Source: Octopus sinensis (Eukaryota). Taken from it: a stretch of 64,000 bases of DNA. The stretch spans positions 3,286,001 through 3,350,000 of the forward strand of contig NC_043021.1 of NCBI RefSeq assembly GCF_006345805.1, given 5' to 3'. The notes beneath the pieces were generated by a model. The model saw only the letters and a list, made by a program, of their open reading frames with translations. It made no database searches and had not been told where the DNA came from. Positions 25,622-38,540 of the stretch are shown here, in pieces (the first letter of the stretch is position 1; each line of letters begins with the position of its first letter). The position numbers were made by a program, and so were the translations under genes.

Positions 25622-25693
25622 TGTATGTGTGTGTATATATATGTGTGTGTATATATATGTGTGTGTGTGTGTGTGTGGCTGTGTGTGTGTGTG

Positions 25694-26316
25694 TGTAACG
25701 GTTAGGTTTTTATTAGAGTATAGTTACCAATTGTAACGGGTAAGATTGATTAGGTACACAATATTATGAAATATCGGAGTCAGCAGTTGGAACGATAAAA
25801 AATTGTTATTATAACGTCATGTTGTAGCATGTGAAAGATGAACAATGCATGAAGTTTTAAGAAAGTATTTATTTACCGTTACGTTACAATATCTTGCCTC
25901 GACGACCAGGTTTTGATAAATTCAAAAGCATGCGAAGTAAAGTTTGTGTTTGTGTCCTCTTCATTGTTTAGTAGTAATTACAAGGAGAGATAGAATGATG
26001 TTGTAAGGGAACAGAATTAGAGCTAGTGAGAGTTGTAGGGTGTTGCTTTTTATAACTATCCAGGATAGATATGTCATTGAGAACAATAGATTTAGCTAGT
26101 GGTCTTGTTATTTCTATTCTAGCTTTTGGTGAAGTAGAAGAGGTTTGAAAGGGTCAAGTGGTGAAGACATTATTTCGGCCTAGCTAAAAGTAACTGGAAA
26201 ATGTAAAACTGCTGTCAGAGAAAAACTATTGTTCCACCGTGGGAAAAGTTCTGTTGCGGTGTTAATTTAAATTTGGCAATGGTGGGTCGAATCCCCTTCA
26301 TGCTTGCAAGATCCAC

Positions 26317-26320
<4 letters not shown>
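25694..26320. mobile_element. Solo-LTR-like element between (TG)n and (TA)n
   Basis: TGT...ACA termini, ~625 bp; relatives at 27150, 52880 and 59400. Confidence 0.65.
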
Positions 26321-26351
<31 letters not shown>

Positions 26352-26810
26352 TAGGGTGTGTGTTTGTGTGTGCGTGTAAGATATTGTTTCTGGGATTCAT
26401 AGTCAAGAATCGATACCTTAACCTAGATTCTCATCTGGCATCTTTTGTTTCGACGTTAGTACTCGGAAATTTATGAGGTCATCTGTCAAACTTATCTTGG
26501 TTCCTTTGTTTCAGCTAAAATTCCATGCCGTTTCGAGGTTATGATAGATAAGGCATATACATTCCTTTGTTCCTGAACATACATTCAGGTCTTCTCATAG
26601 GTTTAGGAACTCCGAGAGAACATCACGGTCAGTATATTTTCGCTTCCACATGCCGTACAGCTTCGCTTTCTAGCAAGCAACCTTTCCTAACTGACACATC
26701 CATAAGAGTATGCGAGTATTTATTTATGTCTTTCTGCCTCAACTGCCAAACTGCCGACTCCTACTATAGCCTTGTATACTATATATGTGCGAATAAAAAC
26801 TGCGTTGAGC

Positions 26811-27031
26811 TGGCAGAAACGTTAGCACGCTAGGCGAAATGCGTAGCCATATTTCGTCTGTCGTTACGTTCCGAGTTCAAATTCCGCCGAGGTCGACTTT
26901 GCCTTTCATTCTGTCGGAGTCGATAAATTAGGTACCAGTTACGCACTGGGGTCGATATAATCGACTTAACCCCTTTGTCTGTCCTTGTTTGTCCTCTCTG
27001 TGTTTAGCCCCTTGTGGGTAGTAAAGAAATA
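26811..27031 (+). mobile_element. SINE family B
   Basis: Matches the family B consensus. Confidence 0.9.
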
Positions 27032-27149
27032 AATATCTTTCTTTTCCATGCTGATTATTATGCTGTCTTGAACAACTTAATCATAGCATAACCTGTTACA
27101 TTTCGTGACATCGACGCAAAAACAACTCGTTATCTGTGTGTGTGGTGTG

Positions 27150-27480
27150 TGTAGTGGATCTTGCAGGCATGGCGTGGATTCGATCCTAGATAGCCAAATT
27201 TAAATTAACAGTTCAACAGCACTTTTCTCACGGTAAAACAATAGTCTTTCTGTGACAATAGTTACATTTGCCAGATGCCCTTAGCTAAGCAAAATAATGT
27301 CTTCACCACTTGACCCTTCTAACCTGTTCTATTTCACCAATTGCTAGAATAGAGATATCACAGACCTCCAACGAAATCTATTGTTCTCAACGATATATCT
27401 ATGTCTATCATTACACATGATGACCCTCGACTTCAACGAAGAACTAACCGCTACAAATTATTGTTTACAGTTTAATCTCA
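27150..27480. mobile_element. Partial inverted copy of the solo-LTR-like family
   Basis: TGTAGTGGATCTTGCAGGCATG is the reverse complement of the 53560-53589 end. Confidence 0.65.
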
Positions 27481-27522
27481 ATCTTTATCAAACTAATTTT
27501 CTACCGTTACATATATATATAA

Positions 27523-27907
27523 AGGAGTGGCTGTGTGGTAAGCAGCTTGCTTACCAACCACATGGTTCCGGGTTCAGTCCCACTGCGTGGCACCATGGGC
27601 AAGTGTCTTCTACTATAGCCTCGGGCCGACCAAAGCCTTGTGAGTGGATTTGGTAGACGGAAACTGAAAGAAGCCCGTCGTATATATGTATATATATGTG
27701 TGTGTTTGTCCTCCTAGCATTGCATGACAACCGATGCTGGTGTGTTGACGTCGCCGTCACTTAGCGGTTCGGCAAAAGAGACCGATAGAATAAGTACTGG
27801 GCTTACAAAGAATAAGTCCCGGGGTCGAGTTGCTCGACTAAAGGCGGTGCTCCAGCATGGCCACAGTCAAATGACTGAAACTAGTAAAAGAGTAAAAGAG
27901 TAAGAGT
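27523..27907 (+). mobile_element. SINE family A
   Basis: Full head, internal TA/TG tract and tail. Confidence 0.92.
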
Positions 27908-28500
27908 ATATATATATATAACGGTTATACGCAGGTGTTTATTGATATGTAGTACTTCGGTTGAGACATGGACAGGTTAAGAAATGATTCTCAGGTGTCG
28001 TCAAGCGTAAAATTGGAATCTTTTTCTGTTTGGCTACCAGCGGCTCCAAAAATTAAAGTTTACCGAAAATTTTAAAATTTGGCACACTAATACACTTGCC
28101 TAAACTGAATTGCTGGAGTTATTTCATTTTTTCCAGAAAAATGTTTTAAAAAAGTTATAGAGGCTTAAAGTTTGATCATTTTCACCCAGTCAGGAAACTG
28201 GATTTGGAAACTGCCATCTTGTGCGTGACTGTAGATTTTGTTGTCAACATCCTGAAAATAGTACGTGTTGTCAATATTTGTAAACAACACGTGTTATGTC
28301 TCCGGTAATTATCTTTCATGTGAATAAATCTTATTTAGCTGTTATTTTTAGCACGAAAGTTCTCCGGTTATTTTCTTTCATATGAATAAATGTTTTTGTT
28401 AATCTAAGAAAGAAAACCTCCGAGCGAGATGTTGGCAAATAAACTTTAATTTAAAAGATTTACCGAAAATTTTTTATTTAACTGTATATTTAGCATACCA

Positions 28501-28730
28501 ATTTCTTTACTGCCCACAAGGGGCTACACACAGAGGGGACAAACAAGGACAGACACATGGATTAAGTCGATTATATCGATCCCAGTATGCAACTGGTACT
28601 TATTTAATCGACCCCGAAAGGATGAAAGGCAAAGTCGACCTCAGTGGAATTTGAACTCAGAACGTAACGGCAGACGAAATACCGCTAAGCATTTCGCCCG
28701 GCGTGCTAACGGTTCTGCCAGCTCGCCGCC
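28501..28730 (-). mobile_element. SINE family B
   Basis: Reverse complement of the consensus. Confidence 0.92.
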
Positions 28731-28909
28731 TTACCTTACAACCACCTCAATGCTAAATGACAAAAAGAAACGAGTAAACAAAACTGCTCTCAACACGTGC
28801 TTCCTCGCATACTTTTCAAAGAATGATACTATGGCCACAGGCAAAAGCATTCTCATGTTTCCGCTTGTTACTCTCTAAACAGACATGAATGTGTTTAGCA
28901 AAACATATC

Positions 28910-29620
28910 AAAAAGCCGACATCATGATTGCTGCTCGATGGTCTGTGAACACTACAGGATTTAAGACGTGACATGGACATCGTGAAAACCTAGTTGCCCC
29001 AAACTGTGATAGTCTTTGGGTGTGTCTCCATTGAAGGCGAGGTCATGCCGCCCCACATCTTTGAACTAGGGCCTTGGGTTCATTTCAGACGCCTATATGA
29101 AGCTACTGGAGACTGTGGTCAATCCTGTCAAGCGATGGTTGCTGCTGGAAGGCCGCAAAACGAGCTGGCAGAAACGTTAGCACGCCGGGCGAAATGCTTA
29201 GCGGTATCTCGTCTGCATTACGTTGTGAGTTCAAATTCCGCCGAGGTCGACTTTGCCTTTCATCCTTTCGGGGTCGATAAATTAAGTACCAGTTACTCAC
29301 TGGGGTCGATGTAATCGACTTAATACCTATGTCTGTCCTTGTTTGTCCTTTCTGTGTTTAGCCCCTTGAGGGTAATAAAGAAATAAGTTGCTGCTGGAAG
29401 GCCATATGAATGGCAGCAAAATTCAGTTCCATGTCATATCTCCGGAAAGAGTCAGAAGCGATTGCCGAAGAATTTCTACGAGATCACCCACCACAATTTC
29501 TGGTCCCTTATTTCCCTCGATTGTAATCCCATTGATCACTATGTGTGGAGCACGGCTGAGAAAGATACCAACCGCTTTGCTTGCAACATCAAGGTCGAGC
29601 CAAGATCAAGATTCTTTGAG
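28910..29620 (+). pseudogene. Tc1/mariner DD37D (maT-like) transposase fragment, split by SINE B
   Basis: PQTVIVFGCVS.EG.VMPPHIFE, AAGRPYEWQQNSVPCH.SGKSQK, and a degenerate FW.P.SPDCNP.D.YVW. Confidence 0.8.
29155..29386 (+). mobile_element. SINE family B with 17-bp TSD
   Basis: TSD GTTGCTGCTGGAAGGCC at 29138-29154 and 29387-29403. Confidence 0.95.
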
Positions 29621-29894
29621 TAAACTGTTATCTCCCAGTCATAATCTAATTGATTTTTTTTTTGATATTGTGTGTTTTTCCATTTATACAAACTGTTAAA
29701 TTTAGCCCGAACAACCCGAATAAGTAGGCTCTAAAGATACAGCCTTGTCACTCACTGTATCACTCCGATTCTGCCTGAGAATAACGTTAAGGGTACCCGA
29801 GTCTGTGGAATACTCAACCACTTACATGTTAATTCAGGAGCCGGTTGTGTTTTACTTGATTGAACGATTGAATCCTCATTGTTGAACGACGGAG

Positions 29895-30410
29895 GCCCAC
29901 CAACACCGTCGCCACAACCATCACCACTAAAACCACCACCAACATCATTACCCTTTATACCACCATCATCATCATCACCACCACTATCACCACCATAATC
30001 ACGACGACCATCCCCACCACCATCTCCGATACCATAACTACCACCAACTATACCTATTTCTTTATTACCCACAAGGGGCTAAACACAGAGCGGACAAACA
30101 AGGACAGACATAGGTATTAAGTCGATTACATCGACCCCAGTGCGTAACTGGTACTTAATTTATCGACCCCGAAAGGATGAAAGGCAAAGTCGACCTCGGC
30201 GGAATTTGAACTCACAACGTAACGCAGACGAGATACCGCTAAGCATTTCGCCCGGCGTGCTAACGTTTCTGCCAGCTCGCCGCCACCAACTATACCACCA
30301 CCACCAACTATACCATCACCACCATCACCATCACCATCACCATCATCACCATCGGCACCACCACAACCATCACCGCCTCTACTACCATCATCATCATCAC
30401 CAATAACACC
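29895..30410. repeat. (CAC/CAT)n tract interrupted by SINE B
   Basis: Direct reading; explains the poly-His and poly-Gly ORFs. Confidence 0.9.
30055..30284 (-). mobile_element. SINE family B with 12-bp TSD
   Basis: TSD ACCAACTATACC at 30043-30054 and 30285-30296. Confidence 0.93.
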
Positions 30411-30889
30411 ACTTCCCTGGAAAGAAAAGTTAAGTCTCTAAGCGATGTGGACGACTAATTCTTGGAGAGTATTATGGCTAAATTAAGACAGACTCGACCA
30501 GAAACTAAAAAGAAAAAAGTTAAACAGTTCTGTATCTAACTTTGATATTAGCTTCGTGCTATTCAGATATTATTTCTTGAGGTATTGGTTACAACTAATT
30601 GACCAAACAGTATATAAAACGTATAATTCTGCGAATATGATTGACTTCGAGGTTGTGTTTTCAAACGATATCTTATTAACACGACACTAACATGGAAACC
30701 GTACCAGCGATATCTTGAAAGAAAAGAGAAAAACCCGTCTGGCGAATGTTTATTTCAGTAAATCGATACATCGATACAATGTAAACACGCTTATTTAATA
30801 ACTTGGGGGTGGGGGGACAAGGGAAATTCAAACTAAAATCAAATAAACTGAACAATACTATTGATTTTTTGATAATAATACAATACGAA

Positions 30890-31110
30890 GGCGGCGAGCT
30901 GGCAGAATCGTTACCGCGACGGACAAACGACAGAGCGGTGTTTCTTCCTGTTCTTTATGTCCTGTGTTCAAATACTGCTGAGGTCGATCATGCTTTTTCA
31001 GAGTCGATAATACTTTTCATCTTTTTCGGGGTCGATAAAGCTTTTCAGCTTTCCGGGGGTCGATAAAATAAGTCCCAGTTGAGCACTGGAGTCGGTATCC
31101 CATCGACTTA
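30890..31110 (+). mobile_element. Older SINE family B relative
   Basis: GGCGGCGAGCTGGCAGAATCGTTA head; duplicated GGGGTCGATAAA. Confidence 0.7.
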
Positions 31111-31169
31111 TCCCATCTTCCGAAATAGCGGTCCATGGGCGAAAATTTGAAACTAATTCTCTTTCTCTC

Positions 31170-31374
31170 TTTTTTACTTGTTTCAGTCATTGACTGCAGC
31201 CATGCTGGAGCACCGCCTTTAGTCGAGCAAATCGACCCCAGGACTTATTCTTTGTAATCCCAGTACTTATTCTATCGGTCTCTTTTGCCGAACCGCTAAG
31301 TGACGGGGACGTAAACACACCAGCATCGGTTGTCAAGCAATGCTAGGGGGACAAACACAGACACACAAACATAT

Positions 31375-31425
<51 letters not shown>

Positions 31426-31591
31426 TACGACAGGCTTCTTTCAGTTTCCGTCTACCAAATCCACTCACAAGGCATTGGTCGGCCCGGGGCTATAGCAAAA
31501 GACGCTTGCCCAAGATGCCACGCAGTGGGACTGAACCCGGAACCATGTGGTTGGTAAGCAAGCTACTTACCACACAGCCACTCCTGCGCCT
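31170..31591 (-). mobile_element. SINE family A
   Basis: Full-length reverse complement. Confidence 0.93.
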
Positions 31592-31995
31592 AAACATTAT
31601 AATATGAAACATCACCTTGATATGGTATAACAACCCTTACCGTTTGTTTTTACTGTTTTGTTCTCACTGTCCTGTTTTTGTCGCCACTTTAACCCTCTGC
31701 AAATCCCAAATTTTATTTAATTTGCTTTGCGGGAAGGATTGTTTAAGCAAAGTAGCGTCTTGTCCCTACGTTCGAAACGCGGAGTAGATAAAACAGGGGA
31801 CAACTGATGAAGGGAATTTTCTTTATGTTGTCTGTTTCGTTTCTCTATTTGTTTCTTTCGTTGTTCGAAAAAAAGTTCGTTTTCCATGTTCTTGTTTTTT
31901 ATGTTCTCGTTTCTCATTCTGTTCACGTTTTTTGACGTCCTGTCAAAATATATATGTGGGTATGTACATATATGTATATATGCATATATATGTGT

Positions 31996-32041
<46 letters not shown>

Positions 32042-33154
32042 TATATTATTATATGATCGAACGCCACGCATCCATTTGTAAGTATATATATATATAATTT
32101 ATATCATTATATGATCGAACGCCACACATTCATTTGTAAGTATATATGTATATATATATATAACTAAACAAAAAGGAAAGAACGTAAAATGATTTCCTTG
32201 ACTTGTGATTTGTCAATTTTTGTTAAAGCAAACACGTGTTTGTCTTTTTTTTTTTCGTCCCCTTTAAGATATCTCGAAAATATACCTATCTACCTATATT
32301 GCAGCCGAATTAGGTCAGCGAAAATACAATTATTTGGGTTTATCTAGGCTAAGCCCTGTCTTACCTTAGATGGCGTCGAATTTGGCAGGTTAGATAAATT
32401 GATTTTAAGTGCAAATTCCGAGAACAAGGTAAACAAACATGAAGACCAAAAAAAAAGGTTTCCATCCTTGGTTACTAATCCATTGTATCTACCCTGCACA
32501 TCCAGCCATCTGTCTTATCTATCCACACATCCCTACACACATGTGAAACTACAAAGAAAGAAATCATATATTATTTACTATTTGCCACCTCAAAAAAAGG
32601 TTTCAGTAACGTTTATCTTGAAAAGCAGTAACCAAATCTCTTTCAACCACACCCTACAACCTACAAAGAGAAAATAAAATGAAATAGAGCAAGTTGAAAG
32701 GCAGTAATAGTAAATTGTAAGTAAATAGACATTATAAAACGCATTGTCACAACGGGCTTATATTTCTGTGACGTCAAACTCTTGGTTTTTCCCGCCAGTT
32801 TCTTCATTTTCTTTCTTCCTCTCTTCTCTCTCTCTCCTCTCTCTGTATTTCCCCTCTCTTTCTCTCCTTGTCAGTCTCATGCATTTCATATTTTAAACAT
32901 AAGATTTGACGCTTTTTTTCCTTTCGCTAATCCAATTGCCCCTTTCAAAATGGTTGCTTTTTGCACAGATTCCACCTACAGCTTTCCCAATGCATTATGG
33001 GAAAGAAACAAGAAAGATGGTCGTTGCTAGATCATGAGTATGCTCGGTGCGGGATGACGTTGTATCAGTGAATTTACCTATTAAAAATCACTGCCATATC
33101 TCTCTCTTTCGTGTATTATACATACATACATACATACATACATACATACATACA

Positions 33155-33184
<30 letters not shown>

Positions 33185-33185
<1 letters not shown>

Positions 33186-33780
33186 TCTCTATAATGAAAT
33201 CGATCGGAAAGATAACTCCGAGGACAAAGAAATAAGAACCTACAGTATGGTAGAAGCCAGAGTCACTCATAATAAAAAAGAATACTGGTGGAATATCCCA
33301 GTGAAGACCTCAATAAAATGTAAGCACAACAGACCTGATATAATGATTTAGGATAGAGAAGAGAAACTATGTACAGTTGTGGAAATTAGCTGCCTAGCGG
33401 ATGTCAACATAAAGCTGAAGATCAGTGAAAAAGAGAATACCTACGCTGGACTATTGAGAAATCTGCATTTACTCTATCCAGATTACAAGTTCAGGTTTAT
33501 ACCTGTAATTACTGGGGCCCTGCCTAAATACCAATCTTGAGAAATTAGGCTTCTCAAAACAAGAAAGGAGAAAGCTAATTCGAAGACTACAGATCCAATC
33601 CATCACTGGAACTGTAAAAATCTGTAAAACTTTCCAGAAGTTTATCATTTAAACATATATGAGCATGGCTAGATATGCAACTATATGCATGAAAATACAC
33701 ATACAAAGCAAAACATACAAATCTGCACTTATACATACATACATACATACATACAAAAATACCCTATTGTTGATGCTGAA
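33185..33780 (+). pseudogene. R4/Dong-clade LINE 3' end (restriction-like endonuclease domain and 3' UTR)
   Basis: CKHNRPDIMI*DREEKLCTVVEISC.ADVN...EKENTY...IPVITGAL; PD-(D/E)xK-type REL motif. Confidence 0.88.
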
Positions 33781-33811
33781 ATTCCAATGAAGGAACCTTC
33801 TTTTATGCTTT

Positions 33812-33990
33812 TACTTGTTTCAGTCTTTTGACTGCAGGTCATGCTGTAGCACCGCTTTAGACGAACAAATTGACCCCAGGACTTATTCTTTGTAAGCCTA
33901 GTACTTATTCTATCGGATTCTTTTGCCGAACCGCTAAGTTACGGGGACGTAAACACACCAACAGCGATGATGAGTGAACGAACATAGACA
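33812..33990 (-). mobile_element. SINE family A 3' half
   Basis: Reverse-complement tail up to the CA tract. Confidence 0.85.
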
Positions 33991-34034
<44 letters not shown>

Positions 34035-34039
34035 GGTGT

Positions 34040-34425
34040 AGGAGTGGCTGTGTGGTAAGTAGCTTGCTTACCAACCACATAGCTCCGGGTTCAGTCCCAC
34101 TGCGTGGCATCTTGGGCAAGTATCTTCTGCTATAGCCTCGGACCGACCAAAGCCTTGCGAGTGGATTTGGTAGACGGAAACTGAAAGAAGCCCGTCGTAT
34201 ATATGTATATATGTGTATGTGTGTGTGTGTGTGTTTGTCTCCCCAACATCGCTTGACAACCGATGCTTGTGTGTTTACGTCCCCGTAACTTAGCGGTTCG
34301 GCAAAAGAGAGACCGATAGAATAAGTACTAGGCTTACAAAGAATAAGTCGTGGGGTCGATTTGCTCGACTAAAAGGCGGTGCTCCAGCATGGCCACAGTC
34401 ACATGACTGAAACAAGTAAAAGAGT
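34040..34425 (+). mobile_element. SINE family A
   Basis: Full-length. Confidence 0.93.
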
Positions 34426-35059
34426 ATATATATATATATGTATGTATATAAATATATATAGTGTTTATGGGATCACCAGTTGTTGTGTTTGGATGTATCT
34501 AATGTTGAAGTGAAGGTGTAAGTTCTTACGTTGGAAGGACCAAATGGAGAATGTAGGAGAGTACAGAATAATATTTACAGATTTATTTACCCGCATTTTT
34601 GTTCTCCATAAGACAGCAGTAATTGTACATAGTTAACACTGACGAAACTTCGCCCGTTGGTTGCTAGTCGGTTGTGTAGAAATTGCGTTCTGCTGGTAGA
34701 GAGAAGAAGAATAAGGGCTGCACTCTACTGACGGAGAGGAAGAAAGGGTATAGGTGGCCTTGTCCCTTTTAGATTCCAGCCGTAAGCTGCTCTCCGAATA
34801 GCGACTGAAGGACGAAGAGAGTGGAGAAAGAAATACCTTGTTATATAGTCTATGGCCAGGATGTAGGTCAAATACTAAACAAAAGACTGGCCCTTCAGTG
34901 AATAGTATACGGTTTTCGGTCAAGTGTTTCCCATTAATTACCCGGTGTGGAGATGCAAGATGCAAACACAAAGGAATTTCAGACTTCTTTGACAAGCAGC
35001 AAGCGAGTGGATTCGGTTTCGAATCTCAGGCGGAGTCAAGCGACGTTCCTACATGTGTG

Positions 35060-35182
<123 letters not shown>

Positions 35183-35315
35183 TAAATTAGAGATAAAACC
35201 ACTATTATATTTATACTGTGAAATTTGATTTAATCAAAATCTAATTTTCCCCTGTAAGTTTGGATATAATCCCTAATATTATTATTATATATATATATGT
35301 GTGTATATATATATA

Positions 35316-35377
<62 letters not shown>

Positions 35378-35387
35378 TATATATACT

Positions 35388-35580
35388 TTATTTAAAGCAG
35401 AAAATTCAACAAAACCTGTTACTCTGAGTTTCCCGTTGCCGTTCGTCGACAGTTTTTGCTAGCAAAAACTGTAACAGGTTTTGTTGAATTTTCTACTGCT
35501 TTAAATAAGCATATTACTCTACCACTGGTATTTGAGTACTCTTTTTTCTACCTTGTTTCACATTTATGTGTTTACTCCGG
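35388..35580. mobile_element. Fold-back Penelope-like terminal fragment
   Basis: Arms TTTAAAGCAGAAAATTCAACAAAACCTGTTAC / GTAACAGGTTTTGTTGAATTTTCT; centre TTGCTAGCAA. Confidence 0.6.
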
Positions 35581-35610
35581 TATATATATATATATAATAT
35601 AATATATATA

Positions 35611-35645
<35 letters not shown>

Positions 35646-36274
35646 ATGTCGGCAGATGGAAAGCTCTTGGCCAGGTCTAAGTGGATACAAAAACGCAGTT
35701 TGTAACCTTAAAATATGCATTCTGTTTTGACGAGCTGGTACTTACTTATGAATCCTACTTTAACCTGCTTGCAACTGTGGCGTCTATGACTGTGAACTAA
35801 CGTTGCGAGACACCGTGAACTCTAAATTGTAAGCAGTTCCAAAACAACAATGATACAATTGTATAAGATAATAACAGAAAAACAGAAAGAAAGAAGAAAG
35901 AAAGAAAGAAAAGGATAAGAAACTTTTTTTTTTTAAATAGAAAAGAACGTAAAATAATTTTCATGACTTGTCACTTGTTAATTTTTGTTGAAACAGACGC
36001 AGGTGTTTGTCCTTTTATATCTTTTTTTCTTTTTCTTCTTTCTTTTTTTTTTTTTGTTTAATATCCTAACTCCTAGCTGTTTCATAACTCTTTCATAACT
36101 GCGCTCTCTTCAGCGAGTGAACTCTTAACTACTAAAATCCACTTCAATTTTTCTCTCTGAAAATGGAATAGTCCGCAACTGTATCGATAGCTTATCTTCC
36201 TTCGCTGAGAAATACACCATATGCACATCTGTCCTGGAAACAGCTGTAAGGGAATATTTGGACATCTTACTCTT

Positions 36275-36676
36275 TACTCTCTCTTTTATACTTGTTTCAG
36301 TCATTTGACTGCGGCCATGCTGGAGCACCGCCTTTAGTCAAGCAAATCTAGCTCGGGACTTATTCTTTGTAAGCCCAGTACTTATTCTATCGGTCTCTTT
36401 TGCCGAACCGCTAAGTGACGGGGACATAAACACACCAGCATCGGTTGTCAAACAATGCTAGGGAGACAAACACAGACACACAAACATATACACACACACT
36501 TATATATATATATACATATATACGACAGGCTTCTTTCAGTTTCCGTCTACCAAATCCACTCACAAGGCATTGGTCGGCCCGGGGCTAAAGCAGAAGACAC
36601 TTGCCCAAGATGCCACGCAGTGGGACTGAACCCGGAACCAAGTGGTTGGTAAGCAAGCTACTTACCACACAGCCAC
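36275..36676 (-). mobile_element. SINE family A
   Basis: Full-length reverse complement. Confidence 0.92.
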
Positions 36677-37581
36677 TATTTCTTACAATATACTATATTT
36701 CAATGACTGTATTGTAACAACTCAGCAATCATGTTAAATTAGTCATAAAATTTGATTACAAATCTTATTTTTAATTGTGAATTCCATCTTTTATATCTTC
36801 TATGATTGCTGTAGTATCCAGTATCTTTTTTTTCTCTGGAGGTAAGTAACGTGTCTATTGTTGAACATTAACTTCACCACTGATCATTAAAATCATTTAG
36901 ACTGGTACAATGAATAGAAAATGAACAGCTAATGGAACGATAAACGTAGGAGATATGCTGAAACCAGAAGCTACATTTGGGTTTAATATCTTTAATTTAG
37001 TAACAATTTCATCTTTACAAAAAGGAAAATTTTGAAAACTTGTTTGAATACAAAGTTCCACTAGAAATTTCAAGCAATCAGTTTAAAATTTTGTAGCACT
37101 AATTTGATCATCAAAAGGTTAACTAATTAAATGTGTTGTTGCCTTCACTCCACGGTAAACAGCATTAGTGCTTTTGTAATTACTTTAATTGCTGGGAGAC
37201 AAGGGTGGGGTGAAATTCCTGATAATTTAATGCCTTTCTATAATTCATCTTTAATAAAGAAACTCTCGAGATTTTGTATTCTAGTGATATTATTAAATAT
37301 AGACGATGTAATCTTAATTAGATAGTGTAACCTTAATTGGAATTCACCATTCAATGAGTCCATTTTCTATAGTACCGACTGAAGGGAAGTAGTACTGGTT
37401 TGATTCCGTAATTGCTTAATAGCATATGAATTCTCCTGCTACCATCGGTAGCATCACTTCGGAAATAAAAGTAAAGCATCCAATTGTTGTAATATCATTC
37501 TAACTATTATTTCTCAAGAAAGACACTTTGTAAGTGCAAGTTGTACTATTTGGTGAAAAGTTGTCGAAACAGCTTCAGTAA

Positions 37582-37736
37582 GGCTGTGTGGTAAGAAGCT
37601 TGCTTCCCAACCACATGGTTCCAGGTTCAGTCCCACAGTGTGGGACCTGGGGCAAGTGGCTTCTGCTTATGGTCTCGAGCCGACCAAAGCCTTGTGAGTG
37701 GATTTCGTATACAGAAACCGAAAGAAGCCCGTCGTA

Positions 37737-37779
<43 letters not shown>

Positions 37780-38005
37780 GTGTGTGCGTGTGCGCACGCG
37801 TGTTTGTGTCTGTGTTTGTCTCCTCAACATCGCTTGACAACCGGTGTTGGTGTGTTTACGTCCCTCTAACCTAGCGGTTTGGCAAAAGAAACCGATAAAA
37901 TAAGTACTAGGCTTCAAAAAAAAAAAGTTCTGTGTCGATTTGTTCGACTAAAACGCTTCAAGACGGTGCCCCAGCATGGTCGCAGTCAAATGACTAAAGC
38001 AAGAT
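37582..38005 (+). mobile_element. SINE family A, diverged
   Basis: Head, TG tract and tail all present. Confidence 0.88.
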
Positions 38006-38360
38006 AAATGTGAATGTCCATTATCTCTTGATGCTGCGAAGAAAGAAGTAAGGTGTTAAATCTTTTACGAAAGCTTTTTTAAAATGTGCGCAATACACTG
38101 ACTGTGTGACCACCACAACGAGAGTAAGTAAAAAAAAAAAAAAACAGCATGGCCACAGTCAAATGACTGAAACATGTAAAAGAGTAAAAGAGAACCCTTT
38201 TAAAACGGTTGACGTAAATTTACGCACGTAACGTACATGCTTTAAATCACGATTACCGTTGCCGCGCGCAGGCAACCAAATGATTCCCCGCCATAAACTG
38301 GTTAAGGATGGTTCTTGAGAGAATTAGGGTGGAATTATTTGCCATTTGTTTTGCTGTATG

Positions 38361-38391
<31 letters not shown>

Positions 38392-38492
38392 TGTGTGTGT
38401 GTCTGTGCATTCGTACGTGTTTGGGGGAGTATTTTCAAAGTACTTTTCTTTCTATCTTTTTTCTATTGAGATATGGTCAGGAGTTCTGACCA

Positions 38493-38540
<48 letters not shown>

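Noticed and set aside
29752-30406. Gly/Asp-rich and poly-His ORFs
   Set aside because: CAC/CAT microsatellite plus SINE B sequence.
32955-33050. Plus-strand acceptor TTTTTGCACAG and a possible exon
   Set aside because: No recognisable protein in any frame and only a weak donor.
36153-36252. Hammerhead-like CTCT-CTGAAAA...GAAA-CAGCTG-TA-AGGG
   Set aside because: G8 is lost without C3 compensation and helix II is weak.
36815-36847. 27-nt micro-exon (TAG|...GAG|GTAAGT)
   Set aside because: Strong donor but weak acceptor and no recognisable peptide; unsupported without RNA data.
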